This document shows positions 63,345-64,000 of a stretch of DNA of 64,000 nucleotides, in pieces; within the stretch, counting starts at the first letter, position 1, and each line of letters begins with the position of its first letter. Source of the DNA: a plasmid. The translations under genes and the position numbers were made by a program. Location of the stretch: sequence record OW969666.1, one strand, 5' to 3'. A model generated the notes under the pieces. The model was not told where the DNA came from, ran no database searches, and was given only the letters and a program-made list of their open reading frames with translations.

Positions 63345-63626
63345 ATGAGCCAGCACTGGTATGAGGTGAAAAGCAATCAGGGAATTGTTCAGGTGATGTT
63401 AGGCTGGGATCCACCTTTGCAGTGGTTTCATATGTGCATTGATTATGACATTAATGCAGCAGAAGACCCACTCTATACTAATCTGGCTGAACCTGATCCC
63501 TACTACGTTACTCCGGAATATCTGCAATTTGTACTTGAACGCTTCGAAATAACGGATATTGTAATAAAGCCCGATACCTCTGGGCTTTACGAAGAATTAT
63601 TAATGGATCAGCTTTTAGACCGATAG
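63345..63626 (+). CDS. Hypothetical small acidic protein, 93 aa
   Basis: RBS AAGGA upstream. Confidence 0.4.
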   Translation: MSQHWYEVKSNQGIVQVMLGWDPPLQWFHMCIDYDINAAEDPLYTNLAEPDPYYVTPEYLQFVLERFEITDIVIKPDTSGLYEELLMDQLLDR

Positions 63627-63916
63627 CTAAGCTGCCAGCAACAGACGTGCTGGCATAATCGTCACTTAACTGTAATGTCAGATACTTCAGGTACAAATGT
63701 CCGGACTCGTTTGAAACCTATCCAAAACTGTAAATATATTTTCGTTATAATATAACCTTAATTGAATTGCTTTCTAACAGTTCCCACTCTTCTTTTCTAA
63801 GTACATTTTTAATTATTGTTCCATTGGCAAGCGTCAGCTCATACTCCCTGTCTGAATCGCCACGCGTTTAACAGACACCTCAGAGTCATTTAAGATGACT
63901 TAAAGAGAGGTGCCCA

Positions 63917-64000
63917 TGAGCGGTAAGCGTTATCCTGAAGAGTTTAAAACTGAAGCAGTCAAACAGGTTGTTGATCGCGGTTATTCTGTTGCCAGCGTTG
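63917..64000 (+). CDS. 5' end of an IS3-family (IS150-group-like) orfA, continues beyond the window
   Basis: MSGKRYPEEFKTEAVKQVVDRGYSVASV…. Confidence 0.6.

Overview
The window is a mosaic segment of a large Enterobacteriaceae (probably Klebsiella-type, IncF-like) plasmid. The plasmid assignment is inference only. Coordinates taken from the ORF track are exact. Coordinates I derived by hand (inverted-repeat ends, IS ends, target-site duplications) are approximate to about 2 bp.

Contents, 5' to 3':
1. 1-9.2 kb: an F-type leading region. It holds a large ParB-like nuclease protein, a psiB homologue fused to a hok 3' remnant, a methyltransferase-like protein, a DUF932-like protein and several small ORFs. 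Three copies of a ~0.6-0.8 kb GC-rich repeat module each supply a palindromic operator, an RBS and the same ~17-codon leader to unrelated small ORFs. Copy 1 also carries a (GTGGC)18 microsatellite.
2. 9.2-19.7 kb: the transfer region. An orf169-like lytic transglycosylase, an F-like oriT and traM look intact. traA, traL, traE and traK follow. After that the tra region is decayed: traB is truncated, traV is short, and traI has lost its relaxase end and is frameshifted.
3. 19.8-25.4 kb: a YafO-like toxin pair, a tyrosine integrase, an AT-rich island encoding a polytopic membrane protein, and an IS3-family element.
4. 25.4-44.7 kb: the complete ter-associated supercluster on the minus strand. It comprises a Ser/Thr kinase, a PP2C phosphatase, three vWA TerY proteins, TerX, TerW, a DUF4236 protein, and a metabolite-synthesis cassette (HpcH aldolase, two PRTase-like proteins, a HAD phosphatase and an ATP-grasp enzyme). 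It is divergent from terZABCDE. terF is truncated by IS26.
5. 44.7-59.2 kb: a resistance module. A Tn5053-family mercury transposon (merRTPFADE plus tniRQBA) has a 5-bp CCGGG target-site duplication and lies inside a four-gene operon that ends in a serine recombinase. Two inverted IS4321/IS5075-like elements occupy Tn21-type 38-bp inverted repeats.
6. 59.2-64 kb: an IS903-like element with intact 9-bp target-site duplications, interrupted by an IS3-family element, plus small ORFs and the start of another IS3-family orfA.

The part that most deserves experimental attention is the ter-linked signalling and metabolite-synthesis system. It has been catalogued by comparative genomics but is functionally uncharacterised.
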